A DNA stretch of 64,000 nucleotides, from IMG/VR virus record IMGVR_UViG_3300035698_004130, positions 1 to 64,000 of that record; one strand, 5' to 3'. Numbering within the stretch: position 1 is the stretch's first letter; every line of letters begins with the position of its first letter. The stretch comes from a virus. Below the pieces are notes generated by a model. The model made no database searches, was not told where the DNA came from, and was given only the letters and a program-made list of their open reading frames with translations. Positions 55,692 through 64,000 of the stretch are shown piece after piece. Position numbers and translations under genes: made by a program.

Positions 55692-57692
55692 TTATCCGTT
55701 AATTGTTGCTGACTGATTCGTTAGATTAACTTCGAACACAATAGATTCAGCAGCCTTTGTTGGCTTAATTGTTACTGAGCACCAAAGCTCACTTCTATCT
55801 ACTCTCAGTCCGGTATTTGTAGTGCTATCACACTTCACATCCCCTTGGACAATAGCTCTTCGGGCTAGAAGGTCATTAAGGAATGGTCTAAGTGCTTCTT
55901 CAACTTGTTCCCACGTAAACTGATCGTTAGGTTCATGCTGGAATGGCTTACCAAGTCTAAGGAGAACCTTTCTTAGGTAAATCATAAGTCTACGAACGTT
56001 AACTCTATCCAAGGCAGTTGGGTTTCTCTGAGCAGTCTTCTGGCCACCAATGATAATCCCTAGCTGAGTTTCTTTTTCAATAAAGTTGATGTTGTTGGTG
56101 TAAAGAACATCCTTATCCCCTTGGTTTAGCACTACTTCAACATCACTCGGCTTGGTGAGTCTACCTCTGCGTGTTCCAGCAGGAGCAAACCATGGCTCAG
56201 ATACATTGTCAGTGAATACAAACTGTCTTGCAGCAAAGATCGTTGGGTCAAACCACTCATCAGCAGCCGAGTAAGGGTTAAATACCTGCAACCATGGCCA
56301 GTATACAGCAGCGTAGGAATTGTTGATTGCAGCAGTTCTGTCCTGTCTACCATTCATCCAGTTCACAGCCTCTTGAACCTCACTGTATCCGTAAGGAGGT
56401 GAGACAATAGCTACAAAGTTCTTTGAGCTTTCAGCAAGAGTAATAAGCGCGTTCTGAACATCCTGATGGCTAATACCAGGAATCAATGCTAGTGAGACAT
56501 TAAGGGAATCATCATCAAGAGCGTAAAGACCACTCTTAGCAGCAGCAGTTCCAATTAGGGCCGCTCTGTCGTCTGAATCACTTGTTTCCGTAGTTGAGTA
56601 ACCACTTTCTCCCCCAGCGAATGAGAAGGTGCCTTCCAACATCCTAACAAATCTAGGGGTTGCAAACGGATGAGCAACACCTGCTGCATCTACGAATGTT
56701 GCATCTGCTAGAAGTGACTCACCAAACTGATCGGGAACACCCGATGTGAATGATACCCCCTCATTAAATATTTCCGAGTATAGGTAATCAGACTTATTGT
56801 TAGTATCGTGATTAACAAGAAGGAACTCAATGGATGCAGGACTAGAAGGACTAAGCTCAACACTAAATGTTTCCTTAGCTGATCCCTCACTGTTAATAGA
56901 CAGCTTATCTCTACTTGAATTGTTGGTAACTTCCACTGACATACCTTGGACGGAGCCATCTCTTAGAGAGCTTAGGTTGTATCCTTCCCCAGGGTATACT
57001 GACGAGAACTTTACGACCATAGAAGATGCTGAAGATCCAGATGCAGTTGCTTCGCTTGCTCCACCACTTACTATGGAGCTAACATCCACAGAACCAAATA
57101 ACCATGGGGAAGCTCCCGATAAAGTTAAGGTAGCACCAGAGCCAGCATACTTGCTAGCAATAAAGGTCATTCCAGAGGGGTCTGTGTAGGAGAAGATATC
57201 CTGGGTCCCAAGAAGATCAGTTCCTAAGCTAGCAGCAATGATTGCAGCAGATGTAGTGATTCCTGTTGAGGAAGTTAGTGTAATAACCTGGGAAGTGACC
57301 TTAGTTACCCCTGCGTTGTTTACGACAGTGTATGCGAATGAGCTAGGTAAAACTGGATCGTAAGATGCGACTGATAAGGTTGGGCAAGCTCCCACAGGTC
57401 CGTTTGCAACAGCAGATGAAAGTGAAGATGCCGTTCCAACTCTAACGAAGTATACTTGGTTAGTTGCTTCTAGAACTTCTAATGCACCTTCAAGCCCTTG
57501 TCCAGGGATTGCGGTCTTAGGTTGTCCAAACTTCTTAAGTAAGTTTTCTTGGGAAGTAGATAGAGTTGCGACATTAAGTGGTCCCTTGTCAGCAAAGCCG
57601 ACGATTCCAACCACGCTAGACTCCACATTAGGAGTATAGATTGATTGGTCATTCTCTAATACGACTACAGATGGGCTTGCAGGTAATGCCAT
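55692..57692 (-). CDS. contractile tail sheath protein (gp18-like)
   Basis: SPSVVVLE, KGP, YWPW, PWFAPAG..RG, ALDRVNVRRL, EPND. Confidence 0.95.
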   Translation of the reverse strand: MALPASPSVVVLENDQSIYTPNVESSVVGIVGFADKGPLNVATLSTSQENLLKKFGQPKTAIPGQGLEGALEVLEATNQVYFVRVGTASSLSSAVANGPVGACPTLSVASYDPVLPSSFAYTVVNNAGVTKVTSQVITLTSSTGITTSAAIIAASLGTDLLGTQDIFSYTDPSGMTFIASKYAGSGATLTLSGASPWLFGSVDVSSIVSGGASEATASGSSASSMVVKFSSVYPGEGYNLSSLRDGSVQGMSVEVTNNSSRDKLSINSEGSAKETFSVELSPSSPASIEFLLVNHDTNNKSDYLYSEIFNEGVSFTSGVPDQFGESLLADATFVDAAGVAHPFATPRFVRMLEGTFSFAGGESGYSTTETSDSDDRAALIGTAAAKSGLYALDDDSLNVSLALIPGISHQDVQNALITLAESSKNFVAIVSPPYGYSEVQEAVNWMNGRQDRTAAINNSYAAVYWPWLQVFNPYSAADEWFDPTIFAARQFVFTDNVSEPWFAPAGTRRGRLTKPSDVEVVLNQGDKDVLYTNNINFIEKETQLGIIIGGQKTAQRNPTALDRVNVRRLMIYLRKVLLRLGKPFQHEPNDQFTWEQVEEALRPFLNDLLARRAIVQGDVKCDSTTNTGLRVDRSELWCSVTIKPTKAAESIVFEVNLTNQSATING

Positions 57693-57694
57693 AA

Positions 57695-57943
57695 TTATTT
57701 CTTGGTGTTAGTGTCTTTCTTTAGGAAAGTTGATGGTGGGGTCACGTTAACTGGTTTAATGTCAGGAGTGACCTTAATAACCCTTACAATCCTTCTAGCT
57801 ATTAGGTTGTTTAAAATCCTACTTGAGTAGTTATCTGGGATGCTTACTGAAGCTTTTGCCCTCAGAAAGATCGATACTTGCCCAGTTGGCGTATCAAAAT
57901 ACACACTGTGGCTCTGTAAACTAGTGTTTTGGATTAATCTCAT
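57695..57943 (-). CDS. small hypothetical late protein
   Basis: MRLIQNTSLQS; TAAATA and AGGAG upstream. Confidence 0.6.
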   Translation of the reverse strand: MRLIQNTSLQSHSVYFDTPTGQVSIFLRAKASVSIPDNYSSRILNNLIARRIVRVIKVTPDIKPVNVTPPSTFLKKDTNTKK

Positions 57944-58010
57944 ATAAATAGCTCCTACTGTATTTACATTCAACACAGACGATTGTAAGTTAAAAACATA
58001 GTTGGTATTG

Positions 58011-59111
58011 CTAGAGAATTTCTTTAACAGAGACATTATCAATAACACAGGCTTTAAGTCCTGTGGAGAGGGGTCTAATTTGTAAGTCTAAAGCTGTGCC
58101 TGTAAAGGTTTGGGAATAAGATCCCGCAGTCGAGACACTATTACCACCGGATCCTAAGCCTATATGGAGAGTGTCTGAGATTGAAACTACATCAAAACTT
58201 ACATAATAAGTCTTTGAATCATCAATAGTGAGTGGGTAACGCATGTAGGACCAATCCACTTGATTGGCGAAGCTTCCCTCATTTCCAATAATGGTTAGAT
58301 TTGAATTACCATTATTACTAACCCAATTATTGGTTGCAGTAGCAAAATCACCATTTACCACCATCTCAGGGCCAAGAGTATCTGCTACACTAATATCTTC
58401 CACAGGTGCTTCATCCACAGGGTATTCCACCTCTCCACTGTCAATAGTAACACTATGCACAAATCTCTCAATCTTACCTGTGCTGGTGTATCTGAACTTG
58501 GGCATTGGAATGTAAGTCTCAACACTTAGAGTAAAGGATTTCTGAATGATTCTGTCTTCTTTATCATTGGCTGACATAGATCCCATATCACTATCCCCGC
58601 TCTCAATGAATACCTTAGTGTAATCAGAGAATTTAGTTCTTAGATTTAAGGCTGGGTTGAACATGGTGAAGATGGTTGATCTAATCATATCCATGTCTGC
58701 CTTATACTTCGACCAGATACTGATCTCGTAGGTAAGGTTCACTGCTCTTGGGGAAAGGCTTAGGATTCTAACTGCCTTTTGTGCGACGGGATCCCAGTAG
58801 GATTCGTTGATTAGAACATTATGGTCACGTTGTCTGTCTTCAGCGATAGTTGTAGCTTTCTCTGATACTGATACGATGGGTAAGATAAGAGTGTTGTCTT
58901 GCTTTAGCTTGCCAACCATTCTCTCCTGATCTCCATGCACACAAGTAATCTGTAGTCTGTTTCCGTTACCGTCGATATAAAATATGTTTCCAAAGACACT
59001 AAGAAGTTCTCTTAGTGTCTCTCTGTAGATATTATGGATAGTTGGTTGCAACTTGTTAGTTGACATCTCAATGATCTGATTCTTAACCTGAAAGTCTTGG
59101 GGAGCTTGCAT
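58011..59111 (-). CDS. tail terminator/sheath stabiliser (gp15-like) with C-terminal beta-sandwich extension
   Basis: LPIVSV, P..VNLTYEISIWSK, F.P; tail VVNGDF...IDNVSVKE. Confidence 0.75.
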   Translation of the reverse strand: MQAPQDFQVKNQIIEMSTNKLQPTIHNIYRETLRELLSVFGNIFYIDGNGNRLQITCVHGDQERMVGKLKQDNTLILPIVSVSEKATTIAEDRQRDHNVLINESYWDPVAQKAVRILSLSPRAVNLTYEISIWSKYKADMDMIRSTIFTMFNPALNLRTKFSDYTKVFIESGDSDMGSMSANDKEDRIIQKSFTLSVETYIPMPKFRYTSTGKIERFVHSVTIDSGEVEYPVDEAPVEDISVADTLGPEMVVNGDFATATNNWVSNNGNSNLTIIGNEGSFANQVDWSYMRYPLTIDDSKTYYVSFDVVSISDTLHIGLGSGGNSVSTAGSYSQTFTGTALDLQIRPLSTGLKACVIDNVSVKEIL

Positions 59112-59659
59112 TAGATTTTGCCTCCAACCTTATCAGACGTATCGAAGTAGGCTTCATTATGAATATCCTGGGTATCTCTTAGCACGGTTGCGTGAACCAT
59201 TAGGTGATATACGCCGTAAGCTTCAAAGCTATCTTCTTGGACTTCGTGAACTTGGTATTTGATATCTTGGAACTCAGGCTCCAATACATCTCCAATGATG
59301 ATCTCTCTACCTAGATTCTGTTCCACATAGGTCTTGTTGAATATAAATAGTTGGTCGTTCTGAACCTCCACACCAAATTGGGTAAGGTTCTCTTCAATTG
59401 GTCTTGGGTCGTAGTGAGCCCATAGGGAAATTGCTTGAGGGGCTATGGTCTTCTGTCTAGACTCCATGTAAACATCATCCACATCATTAGATTTCATGAA
59501 CTTGTATACTTTGATCTTGGATCCAGACAGCTTAATATTCTCGTTATCAATTCTATTAAATAGATTCTTATCATCCTTCTTGTTGTATAGGGATAAGATA
59601 GACTCCTTAGCAGAGTCTTTTAGTGGATCTAACGAACTGTTAACCTTGAATCTTGCCAT
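59111..59659 (-). CDS. neck protein (gp14-like)
   Basis: LTQFGVE, GDVL, YQVHEV; synteny. Confidence 0.75.
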   Translation of the reverse strand: MARFKVNSSLDPLKDSAKESILSLYNKKDDKNLFNRIDNENIKLSGSKIKVYKFMKSNDVDDVYMESRQKTIAPQAISLWAHYDPRPIEENLTQFGVEVQNDQLFIFNKTYVEQNLGREIIIGDVLEPEFQDIKYQVHEVQEDSFEAYGVYHLMVHATVLRDTQDIHNEAYFDTSDKVGGKI

Positions 59660-59661
59660 AA

Positions 59662-60525
59662 TTAGCCAACGATGAATAGAGGTGGACCTTCAAGAGCATC
59701 CGATAGTTCTTCTTTAAGTAGAGCCTTCTCTTCTCTTGATTCAGCTAGTAGGAGTTCACCATCTAGCTTTGATCCTCCTGATGGGCCTGGAAGGACAGCA
59801 TACTTGGATCTAACTCTTCCTAGGATTTCCTTCGATAGGCATAGAGCGTATCTTTGGATCCAATTCTTATACAGTGGATGTATGGTTTCAGCGTCTAAGG
59901 CACGGAATTCTAGGATGACACCTTCATTATTACTAGGCATCGGCCAGATTTGCAGATACTTACCGTTTACTATCTGCCATGAGGAACCTTGTCCCAACAC
60001 TCTACTAATCTGTTTCAAGTATTGCTGTGTCAGGAGATACTCACTAACATTGTAGTTATTAAACAATCCTGTATTGGTGAAGAACATGATGGCGAAATCA
60101 TATTCTAGTGATCCTGGGGAAGCTCCTAAGTTGAAAAGTTGGTTTCTATACCAAACGTCATTCAAGCCATTTGCAACTTCTGGAGGAAGCTCATACATAT
60201 TGATGTTTGCAGAGGTGTAAAATACTGCATACTGTGTCATCCAGTTAGGAGCACGGTATTCAAGATTCGAGATAGCTTCATCAATACATGTCTCCAGTTG
60301 GAAAGGAGTTAATTCCACATCAATGGTAGGAGCACCTAACCTTCCTAGGATAAAGTCCTTTACAGATCTTTCAAAGGGCTTCCATTCATCTCCCTCATTT
60401 AAGTCTTTATCATTGAGACCTAGACCATTTGGCTCAGGAGGGGTGTAATCATTTAGCTTCTCTCCTCCAAATGTTCCGTAAGACGAGCCATAGCGAGTGA
60501 TTGTGGGTATTCCGATATCAGACAT
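59662..60525 (-). CDS. neck protein (gp13-like)
   Basis: RLGAP.IDVELT..QL..CIDEA, WI.RY...KEILGRVRSKY..LPGP.GG..LDG. Confidence 0.88.
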   Translation of the reverse strand: MSDIGIPTITRYGSSYGTFGGEKLNDYTPPEPNGLGLNDKDLNEGDEWKPFERSVKDFILGRLGAPTIDVELTPFQLETCIDEAISNLEYRAPNWMTQYAVFYTSANINMYELPPEVANGLNDVWYRNQLFNLGASPGSLEYDFAIMFFTNTGLFNNYNVSEYLLTQQYLKQISRVLGQGSSWQIVNGKYLQIWPMPSNNEGVILEFRALDAETIHPLYKNWIQRYALCLSKEILGRVRSKYAVLPGPSGGSKLDGELLLAESREEKALLKEELSDALEGPPLFIVG

Positions 60526-60563
60526 TTGTAACCTTTAGTGTAGTAGTATCTACTATAGAAATG

Positions 60564-60597
60564 AAAATGGAGATCAGATTAATCTGATCTCCATTTT
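60564..60597 (-). terminator. terminator after major capsid gene
   Basis: perfect inverted repeat AAAATGGAGATCAGATT/AATCTGATCTCCATTTT. Confidence 0.8.
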
Positions 60598-60621
60598 CCA
60601 TTTTAGCTTCTAGGCTAAGGA

Positions 60622-62220
60622 TTAGTATCCAGCATTTCCGCCGTAATACTTGGTGTTCCTGAACACTTCCTTCGTGATGAAGTCCGATCCGGCTCCAACA
60701 AGTCGAATGACTCTGTAGAATCGTGATGCCGGTTGAATGGCAACCTTTCCGTAACGAGTCAGGATACCCTTTCTCGGTTGGAACGACTCAGGGTCAACAA
60801 CCTTATCTAGTGGCATGATTGGAACGTATGGGCAGTAGAACAGTCCTGCATCCATTGGGCCGTTGCCCTTGTATCCAACAATGATTTCGTCTTCAGGGAA
60901 CATCGGATCCACAATGAGATCATACTTGCCCATGAACTTACCAGTGTAGCTGATTTGCTGGCCGTTGTTTGTCGTTGGACTCCAATCTCTTGGAATACCA
61001 CCTTCAAGCTTGGCAGCAGATTCTAGCAGCGTAGCGATCAACGGTGAGGTGATGATTACGCAACCAGGACCACGCAGCGTAGTTCTGTAGATATCTTGGC
61101 TAGCGAAGTTAATCAGTGCCAGGACATTCGAGTATAGGTGGCCAAGGTGTTGTGGAGCAAAGTTTGTGGCAGTGCTTGCGAACCGGCCAAGATCCATAAC
61201 GTATACATTGGAGCCACTAGTGTTAGCGGATTCTCCAGCTAGGTCAGAGTGGAAATCGTAGTTGAATGCTCCGGGAACGAATCCTTCGGAAGTTTGACTT
61301 GGACCTCTACCACCGATCTCTGGGAATGCATCAGCACCACCATTGAAGAGTGAACGGAGATACCATCCACCAAGGGGGTTACCGTGTTGCGTTTCGAATC
61401 CATAAGCAATCATTCGAATGTCTTCGATAAGCTCACGGTCGATTTCTAGGTTCATTTCCTTCGACAGAAGATCCGTTAGCTCGGCTTCCATGTCTAGGTT
61501 ATGATATGCCTTCAAGTCTTGAGCAGCTTCAAGAGTCCAAAGGGCTCTCATCTTACGCTCACGAGCTTGCACAGTCTGCTTCTGAATGTGCATTGTAACT
61601 TCTGGAATACCAGTAGTTGCAAGGCGTTCAGCAGCAGATACATTCCATCCAAGAGTAGTCGTGCTATCAGGCCACGATGCTAGTTTACCACCATAAGTAG
61701 TCGAAGGTGAACCATGAGTGTCACTGATAACGTTGGAAAGGTCGAAACCTTGTGTTCCAGAGAAATCAGAGTATGCAAGGGAGTCGTTCGTTCCCGCACC
61801 AAACGTTCCTTGTGCTCCAGGTCCAGACACTGATCCGATAGGACCAGCGGCAAGGCCGAGTGGCGTGATCTTGAACTGAGAATACATCGTCTCAACATTG
61901 TCTCCGTATGCACGGGAGTTACCCATGTAGAAGATCTGTGAAACAGGTCCATCCATTGCTTGAGTAGCACCAATCTTATTAAAGATCAATTCTGGATACA
62001 TTCTACGAATCATGGGGAATGCCCACTTTTGGAATGTTCCAATCTTACCCACAGTCGTTGCCCCAGCACCGATAGCTTCTTCGTTTAGCTTCGAGTTCTG
62101 GTTGACAAATTCTTTTGCCTGATTATCCATCAGACGAGCGGTTTGGTAAGCTACGCTTTGGTCGGTAATCCCTTCCAGTAGCTTTTCCCAACGCTTCATT
62201 AATCCTGCTCTATCAGTCAT
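60622..62220 (-). CDS. major capsid protein (gp23-like)
   Basis: RKMRALWTLEAAQDLKAYH, EIDREL, DAGLFYCPYVP, SFQPRKGILTRYG. Confidence 0.96.
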   Translation of the reverse strand: MTDRAGLMKRWEKLLEGITDQSVAYQTARLMDNQAKEFVNQNSKLNEEAIGAGATTVGKIGTFQKWAFPMIRRMYPELIFNKIGATQAMDGPVSQIFYMGNSRAYGDNVETMYSQFKITPLGLAAGPIGSVSGPGAQGTFGAGTNDSLAYSDFSGTQGFDLSNVISDTHGSPSTTYGGKLASWPDSTTTLGWNVSAAERLATTGIPEVTMHIQKQTVQARERKMRALWTLEAAQDLKAYHNLDMEAELTDLLSKEMNLEIDRELIEDIRMIAYGFETQHGNPLGGWYLRSLFNGGADAFPEIGGRGPSQTSEGFVPGAFNYDFHSDLAGESANTSGSNVYVMDLGRFASTATNFAPQHLGHLYSNVLALINFASQDIYRTTLRGPGCVIITSPLIATLLESAAKLEGGIPRDWSPTTNNGQQISYTGKFMGKYDLIVDPMFPEDEIIVGYKGNGPMDAGLFYCPYVPIMPLDKVVDPESFQPRKGILTRYGKVAIQPASRFYRVIRLVGAGSDFITKEVFRNTKYYGGNAGY

Positions 62221-62221
62221 A

Positions 62222-62869
62222 TTAGTTCTTTAAACCTTTAAGTTTATCTAATACACGTTGGTCAACCCAAGGGTTATCGCCTGCGTGATTCTCATTCAAT
62301 TTGTTACTTTCCTCTTCATCAACGACGAAGTTTTCTTGGCTAATAACAAGTGCCGTATCCGAAAAGTTTCGACCTTTCGATTCTGAGAGTCTTTCCAGAT
62401 CCTCATTTGTGTCTTCTAGTTGTTCTTCCAAACGGGTGCTCTTATCTACAGCAACCTTAACTTGGCTCTTCAACTTAACGTTATCCTTCAGTAGCTTGTT
62501 AACTTGCTCTAAAAGAACGTCGTTCTTATGCTCAAGTGACTCACCTAGTGAAGCAAGGATTCCCATCCCAGTGATTTCATCTTCAGTTGTGTTCTCTACT
62601 GCAAACATTGATCTTACTGTTTCAAACATTTGAGCGTTTCTGTAGACTGGATTCTCTAGCTCAAGCTCCTTAATGGCTTGCTCCTTCAACTTATCGATGT
62701 TACCTCTAATGAAGTATGATACCTTGTTCGTGAGGTCAGCTTTGGCTTCCTGCACTTTCTGCTTAATAGTGACCGACAGTAATTCCGCAATCTTTTCAAG
62801 GGTTGACTCATCCATCCCCTCAGGTAAATGATCTGCGATACTCTCGATTACATCTTTCTTTTTGCCCAT
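62222..62869 (-). CDS. prohead scaffold (gp22-like)
   Basis: acidic coiled coil immediately upstream of the capsid gene. Confidence 0.75.
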   Translation of the reverse strand: MGKKKDVIESIADHLPEGMDESTLEKIAELLSVTIKQKVQEAKADLTNKVSYFIRGNIDKLKEQAIKELELENPVYRNAQMFETVRSMFAVENTTEDEITGMGILASLGESLEHKNDVLLEQVNKLLKDNVKLKSQVKVAVDKSTRLEEQLEDTNEDLERLSESKGRNFSDTALVISQENFVVDEEESNKLNENHAGDNPWVDQRVLDKLKGLKN

Positions 62870-62941
62870 ATTGACCTCTGTTGTATGATTATCTATATAG
62901 CCTCTTATCGAAAAGGCTATTCTTTTTGTTTTTTGTAACGA

Positions 62942-64000
62942 TTAGGTAGGAATAAACTTCTTTTTCTTACGTTTGTTAGCTTTCATTAGGGAAGCTGCTG
63001 ACTTTTCCATTGAATCTCGGTTAGCTCTACCCTGCCTGGAAGCAGCTTTATTACCTGCTCTAAGCATTGCTGACAGCCCAGATCCCTTGTTATGCTTCTT
63101 TTGTGCTGTTTCAGCGTCCCCGACTCTACTCCCAGGATGTTTCCCTGAACCTATCGTCCCTTTAGCGGCTTGCTTTGCTCCCTGGCGTGATTCCCATCCA
63201 CTTTTCTTAATCTTATTAGCAGCTTTGGTAGCTCCTTCAATTACTTGTAATAGGGATTCATGAGCCTTGCTTAACGCACGACCTTTATTAAGTTGTTCTG
63301 CTCTCTGTCCATCACGCCTTCTTCCAACTGCGCTCTTTTCGGTAGAGTGTGCTTCAGCCTTTGCCCTTGCAATGTTAGATGTTTTAGTTCCGGGTGCTCT
63401 AGTTGCTGAATCTCTGGTGTTATAATTCTTTAGAAACTTATTGGTAGTTTTTACTCTACCTGCTTCATAAAGGGCTATTAGAGAGGTTACAAAGGCTTCG
63501 TTGACGCCTGCGCCGAATGCATTATTCTTATTGGGTTTTGGCTTGATGTATTTTGGTTTGGCATTAACGCCTGCTCCAAAGTGGCTGTTAGCCTTTGCTT
63601 GAGCTTGCTTTGCGGCATGACGCTTTTCCGCATAGATATTAGCAGCCTTTCTAGCTCTCCCTGTTCGTCTATCACTAGCACTTGCAGGAGGAGTTCTCCT
63701 AACCTTCTTTACAGATGGCTTAGGTGCTGATTGCTTAACATCCGCCTTGGAAGCTGCACGCTTTTGGATGAAATCACTAGTTGTTGTGATACCCTTCTTA
63801 ATTCCAGATCCTGCTGCTCCAGCGGCTCTTCCTAGTTTTCTAGCAATTCCACCATCACTATTTGGTTTGGTAGTTCCAGACTTTTGCATTCCAGAACGAG
63901 CAGCACCAATTGTTTTTCCTGCGGAATGTGCAGCCCACTTAGCCGCCTTTCCAAGCCCAGACTTTACTTTAGGTGCAGCGAAGTTGCCAAAATCCTTTAG
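62942..64000 (-). CDS. highly basic probable internal head protein (5' truncated by window edge)
   Basis: frame stays open to 64000; K/A/R-rich. Confidence 0.7.
   Translation of the reverse strand, partial: LKDFGNFAAPKVKSGLGKAAKWAAHSAGKTIGAARSGMQKSGTTKPNSDGGIARKLGRAAGAAGSGIKKGITTTSDFIQKRAASKADVKQSAPKPSVKKVRRTPPASASDRRTGRARKAANIYAEKRHAAKQAQAKANSHFGAGVNAKPKYIKPKPNKNNAFGAGVNEAFVTSLIALYEAGRVKTTNKFLKNYNTRDSATRAPGTKTSNIARAKAEAHSTEKSAVGRRRDGQRAEQLNKGRALSKAHESLLQVIEGATKAANKIKKSGWESRQGAKQAAKGTIGSGKHPGSRVGDAETAQKKHNKGSGLSAMLRAGNKAASRQGRANRDSMEKSAASLMKANKRKKKKFIPT

Noticed and set aside
1-64000. Genome-wide stop-codon reassignment (TGA or TAG)
   Set aside because: Long conserved genes are intact in code 11; TGA and TAG terminate many coupled genes

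Overview
This window is a 64 kb piece of a large T4-superfamily myophage genome. 1-10.08 kb (+ strand) is an early/accessory region with small paralogous ORFs, 15 near-canonical tRNAs and several aberrant tRNA-like or structured ncRNAs. 10.08-64 kb (mostly - strand) holds accessory genes (NadM-Nudix plus a nadV stub, kinase, sigma factor, Clp-type ATPase, UvsX), a vWA / MazG / ROT(TROVE)-like-TerD locus and a 10-gene formyl-amino-sugar/glycosyltransferase cluster. It then carries the replication module (gp32, UvsY, gp41, NrdJ, gp46/47, ThyX, a family A DNA polymerase split over three genes), a late sigma factor and the T4-like neck/tail/head genes (gp19, 18, 15, 14, 13, 23, 22). Two observations stand out. 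(1) An array of four covarying Y-RNA-like ncRNAs lies immediately downstream of the ROT/TROVE-like-TerD gene; one carries a circularly permuted YrlA-type tRNA mimic and another a CCA-ended tRNA minihelix. (2) Two tandem paralogous early genes each have an in-frame TGA at the equivalent position followed by a SECIS-like hairpin, making them candidate phage selenoproteins; the ORF track misses them. All protein calls come from motif recognition by eye; no database searches or folding programs were run.
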